NCBI GenBank assembly: GCA_016213235.1
Contig: JACRBE010000040.1
Location: 811-64,810 of the forward strand
Source: Chlamydiales bacterium
GTDB lineage: Bacteria > Chlamydiota > Chlamydiia > Chlamydiales > JACRBE01
DNA length: 64,000 bases
Reading direction: 5' to 3'
Of the stretch, positions 8,721-17,838 are shown one piece after another. The notes under the pieces are model-generated. The model searched no databases. It was not told the DNA's origin and saw only the letters and a program-made list of their open reading frames with translations. A program made the translations under genes and the position numbers. Numbering within the stretch: the stretch's first letter is position 1; every line of letters starts with the position of its first letter.

Positions 8721-10865
8721 TTAAAGAGTTGGATCAAATTCATATATGCTATCAAATATATAAGGGCTATCCCGCTCATCTTCTTGCGAACCAAAAAATG
8801 TATCAAGGGCATCTAATGCAGACGTTCTTCTAGATGGATCTGTTTGAAGAAACGATTGAATCACTCTTTTTATTTTTTCCAATTCTTCTAACCCTACCTC
8901 TCTTGAGAGGTTTTCTAATCTTTCCTCAGAAAATTGTTCCATAAATTTCTTTTTTCCAATTTCCATAACATACTGTTGAAGACCCTCTTTCCCCCCTTCA
9001 CCATGATCGCAATGCCATTTCCAGGCTGTTGTAAAATATCTTTGTTCCTCCTGCTCTTCAGGGGACAGTGAAGTGGCACCTATAACGTCATGATGCGGAG
9101 CAGACACGACTTCCATTGTTGCGTCCCCGCGTTCTACTAACTCCTTTCCAAGGTTTACGCAATATTCCTGAAATTGTTTTTTACCATGCAGCACTAACAT
9201 TTTCTCTACTTTTCTTTGTGCAAGCAAAAACAAGAAAGCATCGTCTTTCATTTTTTCGGAAATACCTCTCTCCAGTACACGATCTATTACCGTCTGACCT
9301 ACCTCGCTAATACGCTGCAAAAGAATCTCACCCTCTAACAGACCATATTGAGTTGCAGTACCTCTTAGGCCCTCATTAACACAAATTTCCATAAAAGAGA
9401 GTCCAAACAACATCTCAAATAGTGTAACGCCAAAAGACCAGAGATCATCCGATGTTCTAGACTCCCGCTGATATCTGGTAGTTAAAAATTCTTTCACTCG
9501 GTCAGGAGCTAGACAATGCATGGTATATGACCCCCGATGCTCCTTGGCATCTACAGAGTGTATTGTGTCATGATCAATAAACTTCACATCATATGGAAAA
9601 CAATCGGTTTCACTGCTTCTAGATGATTGGAACAACATGATATTCTCTATCTTAATGTCTCCACTTGCAAGAGGTTCTCTTCTGTCGAAGAATCTCTCAA
9701 CACATTCTTTTCGATTAAACATCTCAAATGAACTTGCTCGGGAACTATCACGCGACCCAACTGACACACTACTTTCACAATACTGTGCGCCTCTAGAATC
9801 TAGATCACTGATTGTTTCACTATCTGACATCGATACTGACACACTTACGTCAGGACTATCTGGGGGAAATTTCTTCTTTACTCTCTTTTTTTCTAAAGAC
9901 TTAATACAATCTTCCCCGGTTTCTTCCTCTACCGGAAAATCCATGGCATCATCATCACCTAAATCGGGCAGAGGATTACGTTGTTTTGATGGTTGTACAC
10001 TGCCCGTTGTCGTGCCATATTCAGCAAATCGTACAGGTCTTTCTTCGGTATAATATCGTTCTATATTACATCTTGCCGGATTGTGCAAAGTTGCCAGGCC
10101 TTGCAATAAGGTTTTTACAATATCTGGAAAATATCTTATTAATCCATTATGTTGTTCTTTATTCAAAACAGCGTCAAGTAACGAAATGCTTCCCCGTTCC
10201 ATATAAACCTGAGAAACGTCCTGGCTGATAAAGTAAATCTTAGCAAATACAGGATGATTTAATTCTAATATTTTTTTACAACCGTCTATCATCTCTCTTG
10301 CTATGCGAGAAGAAGGCAAAAGCTTACTTCCTGGTTCTTTTACCACTAATGAGACGCCATTACAAGTGAATGCTTTCACAACACCCCTCCCTCCTTTTCC
10401 AATGATTCCTTGACAGGCCGATACAATTCCGCGTTCCAGAATATCTTTAATTATTAGAATTAACTGTTTTGGAATAGCATGGGCATAAAAGGGGTTTTCA
10501 TTATGCGGATCAAAATTCTCTTGTATATTTCTTAAATGCAATAGAAAAAACCTTAGCCCATTCAACAAGTTTTCGGACTCAAACATCACTTGACGATGTT
10601 CATCCGCTAGAAGAGTTGCATCCGTTTGACAGATTTTGACCATATGCTCACTCCATAACCTGTTAACTGCCTCTTTTGTTTTTTCAAGTGTCATTCCTGT
10701 TTCTATAATAGATCCATCTAAATTACGCCTTTTTTCTTGATTTATCACAGGAGATTTGAGCAACCGGTCTAATATCCAAACAAAATTTTTTTTAGTACGC
10801 ATTATCGTCGTTTTAAATTCAGAAGTAGGATAGAATGACGTGCCAGGATTTCTTACAGGATCCAT
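8721..10865 (-). CDS. Eukaryotic-like Ser/Thr protein kinase with large low-complexity insertions (candidate secreted effector)
   Basis: Motifs occur in canonical kinase order: G-loop IGKGGRGVVK, VVK lysine, catalytic-loop-like SGDIKIENIM, DHD in place of DFG, APD, DLWSFGVTLFEML and DPSRR. Confidence 0.65.
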   Translation of the reverse strand: MDPVRNPGTSFYPTSEFKTTIMRTKKNFVWILDRLLKSPVINQEKRRNLDGSIIETGMTLEKTKEAVNRLWSEHMVKICQTDATLLADEHRQVMFESENLLNGLRFFLLHLRNIQENFDPHNENPFYAHAIPKQLILIIKDILERGIVSACQGIIGKGGRGVVKAFTCNGVSLVVKEPGSKLLPSSRIAREMIDGCKKILELNHPVFAKIYFISQDVSQVYMERGSISLLDAVLNKEQHNGLIRYFPDIVKTLLQGLATLHNPARCNIERYYTEERPVRFAEYGTTTGSVQPSKQRNPLPDLGDDDAMDFPVEEETGEDCIKSLEKKRVKKKFPPDSPDVSVSVSMSDSETISDLDSRGAQYCESSVSVGSRDSSRASSFEMFNRKECVERFFDRREPLASGDIKIENIMLFQSSRSSETDCFPYDVKFIDHDTIHSVDAKEHRGSYTMHCLAPDRVKEFLTTRYQRESRTSDDLWSFGVTLFEMLFGLSFMEICVNEGLRGTATQYGLLEGEILLQRISEVGQTVIDRVLERGISEKMKDDAFLFLLAQRKVEKMLVLHGKKQFQEYCVNLGKELVERGDATMEVVSAPHHDVIGATSLSPEEQEEQRYFTTAWKWHCDHGEGGKEGLQQYVMEIGKKKFMEQFSEERLENLSREVGLEELEKIKRVIQSFLQTDPSRRTSALDALDTFFGSQEDERDSPYIFDSIYEFDPTL

Positions 10866-11090
10866 AATAGAGACCTTTTAATTTATTTCATTCGATTCTC
10901 TCATGCAGGTATACGCAACCAAAGCGATACCTTTAGCTTTTATAAAAAAATAATTTATCTTAAATAGCGTGAAAACAAATCGATCGTTATTGAATATCAG
11001 GATATTATATTGAATTAACAAAAACATTTACATTCTTTTTATTTCTATATATACATAATTAAATTGAAGAGTTGGAAATTTGGCTTCCAA

Positions 11091-11160
11091 TCGGTAACTT
11101 CTCAAAAACCCATGGTGACCCAATTTGTTTATCTGCCATGAGTTTTTGAGAAGTTACCGA
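11091..11160. repeat. 25-bp inverted repeat (1 mismatch) with 20-bp loop
   Basis: tcggtaacttctcaaaaacccatgg (11091-11115) pairs with ccatgagtttttgagaagttaccga (11136-11160). Confidence 0.9.
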
Positions 11161-11169
11161 AATAAAGCT

Positions 11170-11217
11170 GTATAGTAGAAATAGCCAAGAGAAACGGGCT
11201 GCATACTTTTAACGTGA
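11170..11217 (+). mobile_element. 48-bp fragment of the IS5-family transposase gene seen intact at 52990-53856
   Basis: 44/48 identity with 53658-53705 (gtaYagtagaaatagccaagagaaacg...). Confidence 0.7.
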
Positions 11218-11218
11218 C

Positions 11219-11415
11219 CTATTCAAGATTATATGTTAGCAGTATGTGGGTCACCGGATGCTCAAATTCCATTTGAACATGCATTAGCATCACTTCCGTA
11301 TTGTGATTACTTCCATATTTTTTATCTCCAAGGATAGGACAGCCAATAAAAGCCAGTTGCGCTCTAATCTGATGATACTTTCCTGTAATCAAATCAATTT
11401 TTAGTGTGATGGGAT
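11219..11415 (-). pseudogene. 3' fragment of an RluA-family pseudouridine synthase gene (diverged copy of 13193-13386)
   Basis: ITLKIDLITGKYHQIRAQLAFIGCPILGDKKYGSNHNTEVML.. compares with ITLKIDLITGKYHQIRAQLSFIGCPIVGDKKYGSNHNTEVML.. in the full gene. The N-terminal two thirds are missing. Confidence 0.85.
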
Positions 11416-11423
11416 GCTCATTT

Positions 11424-11476
11424 AAGATAGGAAATATCAAAAACAGCCATTATAGGACAACTGTTTCTCTATAACG
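11424..11476 (-). repeat. Duplicate of the eamA start codon region and its upstream sequence (copy of 8396-8448)
   Basis: 49/53 identity. It includes the ATGGCTGTTTTTGATATTTCCTATCTT start of eamA. Confidence 0.85.
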
Positions 11477-11572
11477 CATAGCTAATAATCTTCAAAAATC
11501 ACCTATAACATTCCTCAACTGTTTTGTATTAAACATGTTATAAAAAAGCAAATTAAAATTGCATTTTTAATC

Positions 11573-11700
11573 AAATCAGCGAAATCTAATGTTTTTTTAT
11601 AGATTCCGCTGATTTGAATAATAAAATCAGCGAAATCTAATGTTTTTTTATAGATTCCGCTGGTTTGAATAACAAAATCAGCGAAATCTATTGATTTTAT
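11573..11700. repeat. 51-bp tandem repeat, about 2.4 copies, each carrying a 14-11-14 palindrome
   Basis: Units start at 11575, 11626 and 11677. The arms are atcagcgaaatcta / tagattccgctgat. Confidence 0.9.
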
Positions 11701-11742
11701 GCATGCAATATCCTATCCTAGGGACAGGAGGTAATACGAATT

Positions 11743-13203
11743 ATGCACAGCTCTATTTTTGGAAGAGAAAGAGAGATTGAAACTCTTACGAGGTTGCTCC
11801 ATTCAACAAAACCCGAGTTTCTTGCTATTTATGGGAGAAGACGAGTTGGTAAAACTTATCTTATCCATGAGTTTTTTAAAGATAAGGGAGTATACTTTTG
11901 TATTACAGGCACTCGCAATAATAGCAAGCAATCGCAGATTCACAAGTTTACCAGAGAATTACAGAACATGTTTCCATCCCAAGACAAAATAAAAGAGCCA
12001 AAGAATTGGGATGATGCTTTATATCTCCTGAAAGACGCTGTAAGTAAAATCGATATTACAAAAAAAGTAATCATTTTTTTCGATGAACTTCCATGGCTTG
12101 CATCTAATCGTTCCGGCTTTTTACCGGCTCTTGAATACTTATGGAACCAACATTTCTCTCGTATGAATAATGTCATTTTAGTTATATGCGGTTCTGCAGC
12201 AAACTGGATCATTAAAAAAGTGATTAATAATAAAGGCGGACTATATGGTCGTCTGAGTGAAATAATAAAATTGCATTCTTTTACATTAACTGAGACACGA
12301 GCATTTCTTCTATCACAACATGTCCAGTTATCTCGCAAACAGTTAGTCGAATGTTACATGTGTATGGGAGGAATTGCCAAATATCTTACCTATATACGAC
12401 CCGGAGAATCTACAGCTCAGATTATTAATCGACTATGCTTTACTCCGCAAGGAACCCTTACAGGTGAATTTAATAACCTTTACCAATCTCTTTTTAATCA
12501 TGCTCAAGTCCATATAGACATTGTTAAAGAGTTAGCAAAACATAAAAGTGGTATTGCAAAGCAACAACTGCTTGACAACTTGCAGATTACTTCAGGAGGA
12601 CAAACTACTTTAATTTTGGAAGAGTTAGAAGAAGCAGGTTTTATCACAGCCTGTCCCGAATTCCAAAAAACCGGTAAAGGTAAACGATTGTGGCTCATTG
12701 ATGAATACTCCTATTTTTATCTCAATTGGATGGAACATGTCAAATGGAGTATCATTTTAGGAAATGATCAGGACTATTGGCTAAAAATGCAAAACGATCC
12801 TCAATGGAAGACTTGGTCAGGATACGCATTTGAGAGCATTTGTTTTAAACATATTGCACAAATTAAAAAATCGCTCGGAATCGCAGCATTGCTTACACGC
12901 GAATCACAATGGGTCTATAAGCCTAAAGATAAATCTGAAAAAGGAGCTCAAATTGATTTAATCATTGATCGTAAAGATGATTGTATCAATTTATGTGAAA
13001 TTAAATTTCATCATGGCACTTTTACCATTGATCGCGATTATGCAAAGGAATTAGAGCATAAAATAAATGTATTTCGAGAGCAGACTAAAACCAGGAAGAC
13101 GATATTTTTGACTCTCATTACCCCTTTTGGACTACATAAAAATGAATATTCCCGTGAACTGGTGCAATGTGAATTAACACTCGATGATTTTTTCAAAGAT
13201 TAA
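11743..13203 (+). CDS. AAA+ ATPase (archaeal-ATPase/DUF234-like) with wHTH-like and PD-(D/E)xK-like C-terminal region
   Basis: Walker A GRRRVGKTY, Walker B IIFFDELPW, and C-terminal IDLIIDR...LCEIKF. Confidence 0.75.
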   Translation: MHSSIFGREREIETLTRLLHSTKPEFLAIYGRRRVGKTYLIHEFFKDKGVYFCITGTRNNSKQSQIHKFTRELQNMFPSQDKIKEPKNWDDALYLLKDAVSKIDITKKVIIFFDELPWLASNRSGFLPALEYLWNQHFSRMNNVILVICGSAANWIIKKVINNKGGLYGRLSEIIKLHSFTLTETRAFLLSQHVQLSRKQLVECYMCMGGIAKYLTYIRPGESTAQIINRLCFTPQGTLTGEFNNLYQSLFNHAQVHIDIVKELAKHKSGIAKQQLLDNLQITSGGQTTLILEELEEAGFITACPEFQKTGKGKRLWLIDEYSYFYLNWMEHVKWSIILGNDQDYWLKMQNDPQWKTWSGYAFESICFKHIAQIKKSLGIAALLTRESQWVYKPKDKSEKGAQIDLIIDRKDDCINLCEIKFHHGTFTIDRDYAKELEHKINVFREQTKTRKTIFLTLITPFGLHKNEYSRELVQCELTLDDFFKD

Positions 13204-13813
13204 ATGTTAGTGGTATATGTGTCACAGGATGCTTAAACTCTATTTGAACATGTTTTAGCATGACTTCTGTATTGTGATTACTTCCATATTTTTTATCTCC
13301 AACAATGGGACACCCGATAAAGGAGAGTTGAGCTCTGATCTGATGATATTTTCCTGTAATCAAATCGATTTTTAATGTGATGGGATTTTCTTTTATTACT
13401 TCGTAATGCAGCACAGCTTCTGTAGCATCTTTTGTTTGATGATTGGAGATAATGGCGTAATGCTCCCCCTTTTGATGAAAATGCCTTAATGTATCTTTTT
13501 TCTTTGGAGGCATTTTTTCTACAATAGCAAGATATGTTTTTTTGATTTTCTTCTCTCGCATCTGCTCATTTAGCCTGGATAATGCTTTTGATGTTCTTGC
13601 AAAAACAACAATCCCTCCTACCGGTTTATCAAGGCGAAAGATCGCATGTAAAAACACACTCTCTTTACCCGATTTTTCTTTTAGATAATCTTTAGCCATA
13701 GTTTCCAAACTGACGGCATGATCTTTCGATGGCTGCGTAGGTATCCCTTTTGGTTTATTAACAACCAGAAGATGATTATCTAGAAAAAGAATGTCTTTGT
13801 CTGACAACTTCAT
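13193..13813 (-). CDS. RluA-family pseudouridine synthase
   Basis: HLLVVNKPKG, catalytic RLDKPVGG and HQIRAQL motifs. The ORF extends to 13843 but Met at 13813 (MKLSDKDILF) is the likelier start. Confidence 0.8.
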   Translation of the reverse strand: MKLSDKDILFLDNHLLVVNKPKGIPTQPSKDHAVSLETMAKDYLKEKSGKESVFLHAIFRLDKPVGGIVVFARTSKALSRLNEQMREKKIKKTYLAIVEKMPPKKKDTLRHFHQKGEHYAIISNHQTKDATEAVLHYEVIKENPITLKIDLITGKYHQIRAQLSFIGCPIVGDKKYGSNHNTEVMLKHVQIEFKHPVTHIPLTFNL

Positions 13814-14594
13814 ACATGAGCACAGTGGTTGCATTAGAAACATTTAAAGAATCTGCTTTTCCGAGCATCGGAATTTTTATCCGGTGCGATGCCTGAGAAA
13901 TCCAAAATACACTAAGGCCAAGCTGCTCTGTGCCAACCAAAATAGCAATAGGTCCTTTCATATTGATATCGTAATAGAGCTCGTCGGTATGGGGTGTTGC
14001 AGCCACAAGATCAATATGATATTTTTTCATGATCGGCATAATCTCCTGGTTACTTAGTTCAAATACAGGAACAGTAAATAGTGTCCCTACACTCGAGCGC
14101 ACTACATTGGGGTTATAGATATCTGTGCATCTATTTGCAACAATAACACCATGACATCCTGTTGCATCTGCAGAGCGTAAAATCGATCCTAAATTACCCG
14201 GTTTTTCAATGGATTCTGCAATGATAAGAAATGGATCTTTTATCTTGGCCAAATAATGATCTAAATCTTTTACGGTTTTATTTTGCACTTTTGCAATCGC
14301 TAAGAGTCCATCGGGACGATCTCTATAGGAAATCTTTGCAAAAACTTCTTTAGTTACTTCAAATTTTTGGGCTTGAATGGAGTCGATTAGGTCATACTCG
14401 TTTTCTCCCAAAAACAAATCTGGAGCATAAAAGAGTTGCGTAAAGGTCCAATTCGCCTCTTTTGCACGCAAACATTCTCGATACCCTTCGATTAAAAAAA
14501 GACCCGTTTCATCGCGATCTTTTTTATTTTTTAACCTGGTAACTGTTTTGATTTTAGGATTATGAATGCTTGTTATGTCCATGATGTGCTCCAT
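13776..14594 (-). CDS. TrmH/SpoU-family RNA 2'-O-methyltransferase
   Basis: SpoU substrate-binding N-domain plus the EKPGNLGSILRS, LVGTEQLGLS and SLNVSNA motifs. Confidence 0.8.
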   Translation of the reverse strand: MEHIMDITSIHNPKIKTVTRLKNKKDRDETGLFLIEGYRECLRAKEANWTFTQLFYAPDLFLGENEYDLIDSIQAQKFEVTKEVFAKISYRDRPDGLLAIAKVQNKTVKDLDHYLAKIKDPFLIIAESIEKPGNLGSILRSADATGCHGVIVANRCTDIYNPNVVRSSVGTLFTVPVFELSNQEIMPIMKKYHIDLVAATPHTDELYYDINMKGPIAILVGTEQLGLSVFWISQASHRIKIPMLGKADSLNVSNATTVLMYEVVRQRHSFSR

Positions 14595-15394
14595 TTTGCA
14601 AAACTACCAGATGGTAATTCATAGGACTCGGAAGATGGTATTGTCATTTCACCAAAAGAGACTCCCTTGCCAAAGTGAACTTCCATTAATTGTTTCAATA
14701 CTAAAGGAGTAAATCCAGGTGTGTGACAGGTAAATAGTACAAATAAGGGACTTGCTACAAGACACTGCTTACATTGTTGCAGCAAGTTATTTACTTCTGT
14801 TTCAAGTGTAAAAATTTCATTATTTGTTCCTCTGCCATAAGTAGGAGGATCCAATATTATCGCATCATACAAGGAATTGCGTTTAATCTCCCGTGCAAGA
14901 AATTTTCTTACATCATCAATAATCCATCTAATTTTGGCATTTTCTAAATGGGAAAGCAGAGCATTCTCCTTTGCCCAAGCAACACTTTTTTTAGAGGCAT
15001 CTACATGACATACTTCTACATTCGATTGCTTTGCAAAAGATAGAGTAGCGCCTCCTGTATAGGCGAATAAATTTAATATTCGAATAGGTTTATTCGTAGG
15101 AAGAGGTAAAGACCAATGCAGCGCGTGCTCAGGAAAAATACCAAGATGGCCGAAATCTGTCATATTGATCTTCAACGAGAGGCCTTGATATTGAATAACC
15201 CAAGTCGTTGGAATTTTTTGACGGAACATCCATTCATTTTTTTCTTCTCTTATAAATGTAGCATGCGCTTTTTTCCATAAAGAGGGATATTGTTGCGGCC
15301 ATACAGCAACTAAAGAAGGTCTTTCTAAGATATACTCCCCAAAACGTTCGAGTTTTTTTAGATTACCACTATCTAAAAGCTCATAATCACTCAT
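14573..15394 (-). CDS. Class I SAM-dependent methyltransferase (RlmI/YwbD-like)
   Basis: LNLFAYTGGATLSFA and ILDPPTYG motifs. Confidence 0.65.
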   Translation of the reverse strand: MSDYELLDSGNLKKLERFGEYILERPSLVAVWPQQYPSLWKKAHATFIREEKNEWMFRQKIPTTWVIQYQGLSLKINMTDFGHLGIFPEHALHWSLPLPTNKPIRILNLFAYTGGATLSFAKQSNVEVCHVDASKKSVAWAKENALLSHLENAKIRWIIDDVRKFLAREIKRNSLYDAIILDPPTYGRGTNNEIFTLETEVNNLLQQCKQCLVASPLFVLFTCHTPGFTPLVLKQLMEVHFGKGVSFGEMTIPSSESYELPSGSFAKWSTSWT

Positions 15395-16610
15395 GGATGA
15401 TCTCCAAGAGGATTTTTGCTAATACCCAATTAATCGTATAGTCAATGATCAACTCTCTCGACCATGAACTTCTTGCAGGCACCAGCTGTGTTTGCAGCTG
15501 ATCTTTTTTGCCAAAACATACCCATACCGTGCCAACAGGTTTTTCTTTGCTGCCACCAGATGGCCCTGCAACGCCGGAAATGGCAATTACAATATCTGGA
15601 TTTAACAGACGGATGATGCCCTGTGCCATCTCAATAACAGATTCTTTACTAACAGAGCCCTGTATATCAAGCGTGTGTTGCTTTACATTTAGAATTTTTG
15701 TTTTAGCCAAATTGGAATATGTGACCATACTTCCTAAAAAATATTTAGAAGCATCTGGTATAGATGTTAATCTTGCTGCAAAGTGTCCACCACTGCAAGA
15801 CTCTGCAAGAGCTAGTGTATATCCATGCTGAATCATTCTATGATGAAACACTTTTGCAAGAGAGCCTTCATCATAAGAATAAATGAATGGAGCAAATTCT
15901 TTTTTTATTTCTTTTACAATTTGATCCAGATATTGTTTATCGCTCTCTTTTGCAACCATTCTAATTGTAACAGAGCCATAAGAAGGATAAATGCCAAAAT
16001 CTACAGTTGCATACTGATGTTGTAATTTTCTCATCAATGGGTCTAGCGTGTTTTCCGGAATCAATCCAACATGCACCTCTTGTGTAACGAGTTTGCTAGA
16101 TACCGGAAATTTTTCTTTGATTACTGGAAGTGCCTCATCCATAAAAATTTGCTTCATCTGTGATGGTACACCCGGCAATGCTATCATCGTCTTTTTCTTT
16201 TCATGGAAAAGAAGTCCGGGAGCAGTACCCCATTTATTGGGTAAAATAGTTGCTTTATCCGGTTGCGTTGCTTGATCTTCGAGTGCAAAAGGAGCGTTGC
16301 CATACCGCTCCTTTAAGTTTTCTAGTAGCCCTGGCATCAACACTTGCTTTGCATGAAAGAGATCACAAAGAACTTCTCTTGTGATATCATCAAAGGTTGG
16401 GCCAAGCCCTCCTGTAATAATAGTAATGTCTGCTTCATTAAAGCTTTGCTGCAGCGTTTCTAAAAGAATGTTCCTTTCATCTTTTACAGCCAGTACTTTA
16501 GTCACTAAATACCCTGCAAGGGTCAGTTCTTTAGATAAAAACTGCGCATTAGTATTTGCAATGGAGCCATATAATAGCTCATTGCCTATAGATATAAGAT
16601 GGATGTTCAT
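15387..16610 (-). CDS. cinA: CinA-family protein (MoCF-binding domain + NMN deamidase domain)
   Basis: IGNELLYG, TGGLGPTFDDIT and C-terminal AESCSGG motifs. Confidence 0.85.
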   Translation of the reverse strand: MNIHLISIGNELLYGSIANTNAQFLSKELTLAGYLVTKVLAVKDERNILLETLQQSFNEADITIITGGLGPTFDDITREVLCDLFHAKQVLMPGLLENLKERYGNAPFALEDQATQPDKATILPNKWGTAPGLLFHEKKKTMIALPGVPSQMKQIFMDEALPVIKEKFPVSSKLVTQEVHVGLIPENTLDPLMRKLQHQYATVDFGIYPSYGSVTIRMVAKESDKQYLDQIVKEIKKEFAPFIYSYDEGSLAKVFHHRMIQHGYTLALAESCSGGHFAARLTSIPDASKYFLGSMVTYSNLAKTKILNVKQHTLDIQGSVSKESVIEMAQGIIRLLNPDIVIAISGVAGPSGGSKEKPVGTVWVCFGKKDQLQTQLVPARSSWSRELIIDYTINWVLAKILLEIIHE

Positions 16611-17263
16611 ATTTTAATTTTGATATGCCCGTTACTTAATCGTTTATAATGATCGATCCATTGTAGCGCATTGCTACCTAATCTTAAATTAGATTGTATC
16701 TCATTCGACTCAAAAATAATTTGTACAGGCTTTGTATTTTTTCTAATCCAGCGCATGATCTCTTTAAACAGCATCCCATTTGGGTAATCTGTTAATCCAT
16801 TTTTTATCTCTTTTGTATCAGGATCTTGAAATGTTTGAGGATACGCAATTTCTACTCCCCAAGGGATTGATTCCTTCCCTATTATCTTTGTTTTAATTTG
16901 CAACTGTTCATCAATGATCCAACTAGCAAGCCTCAATTGTATCATTGGTTGTTTCTGTTTTACGAGCACTCTCGTATCTTGCAATACTTGGAGTGTAAAA
17001 TCTTCTTCACTTTGAGAAAGCGCCACAGAAAAAATTTTTCTATAAGGAGTAAGGTCTATCTGATCTTTTGTAATAAGCGCCTCAATATAAGATTCTACTC
17101 CTTGCATAAATTCTTTTTTTTCGATCCTATATTGATTTTTTTCTGATACGGAAGAGACAACCACTAAAAAAAGAGAAGGAAAACTATCAAAAAAAGATTC
17201 CCAATCTAGCTTATCCATTAAAGCATAAAAAGATAACCATTTGGAAGATAGCGCTAGATTCAC
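16607..17263 (-). CDS. Hypothetical protein
   Basis: 218-aa ORF coupled by 4-nt overlaps to lspA (upstream) and cinA (downstream). No motif recognised. Confidence 0.5.
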   Translation of the reverse strand: MNLALSSKWLSFYALMDKLDWESFFDSFPSLFLVVVSSVSEKNQYRIEKKEFMQGVESYIEALITKDQIDLTPYRKIFSVALSQSEEDFTLQVLQDTRVLVKQKQPMIQLRLASWIIDEQLQIKTKIIGKESIPWGVEIAYPQTFQDPDTKEIKNGLTDYPNGMLFKEIMRWIRKNTKPVQIIFESNEIQSNLRLGSNALQWIDHYKRLSNGHIKIKI

Positions 17264-17838
17264 TTGAAAAACTTAGGTGGATTATTAGGAAGATCGAATT
17301 TAATTGGCTGGCTCATTATTTTTATCGGAGTTTTTCTATTAGCAAGCAGTGTTTGAATCATCAAAATAAAAGCGCCAAGACAAATGCTGGCATCTGCAAC
17401 ATTAAATACAGGGTAAGAATATCCCCAAAAATTGAAATGAATCATATCAACAACATATTCATAAACAAAACAATCAATGATATTACCTACAGCACCGGCA
17501 ATAATCATTACCAAAGGCACTTGTTTGCTCTTATCCTTATTTACAAAAACAAGGTAAATACAAAGAAATAAAATTAATACAGTCCTACCAATTAAAAGTG
17601 AATCAAAATAAGAAGAAAAAAGACCCCAAGCTGTTCCTCTATTTTCGACATAGTTTAATGAAAAATTGATGCCAAAGAAATCTTCAAAAATCCCGATACC
17701 TCCATAAGGATAACTAGGATGCAGCCAATCCATAGCAGGTAAAAATTCTTTTGCTGAAAACTTGGTAATAACGTCGATTAAAATGATACAAACAAACAAG
17801 ATGAACAAGGAACGTTTTTTTGTTTTATTGATCATCAA
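17260..17838 (-). CDS. lspA: Lipoprotein signal peptidase (signal peptidase II)
   Basis: 4-TM protein with the NRGTAWG and FNVAD motifs. Confidence 0.85.
   Translation of the reverse strand: MMINKTKKRSLFILFVCIILIDVITKFSAKEFLPAMDWLHPSYPYGGIGIFEDFFGINFSLNYVENRGTAWGLFSSYFDSLLIGRTVLILFLCIYLVFVNKDKSKQVPLVMIIAGAVGNIIDCFVYEYVVDMIHFNFWGYSYPVFNVADASICLGAFILMIQTLLANRKTPIKIMSQPIKFDLPNNPPKFFK

Noticed and set aside
9637-10053. 138-aa plus-strand ORF, and similar ORFs at 814-1185, 19283-19774, 33201-33560, 48217-48612 and 48781-49113
   Set aside because: These are shadow ORFs lying entirely antisense within well-supported longer genes. They have no start context or recognisable motifs.
11573-11700. Possible CRISPR array
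   Set aside because: Only about 2.4 contiguous units are present with no unique spacers between them, and no cas genes are nearby. It is a tandem repeat.
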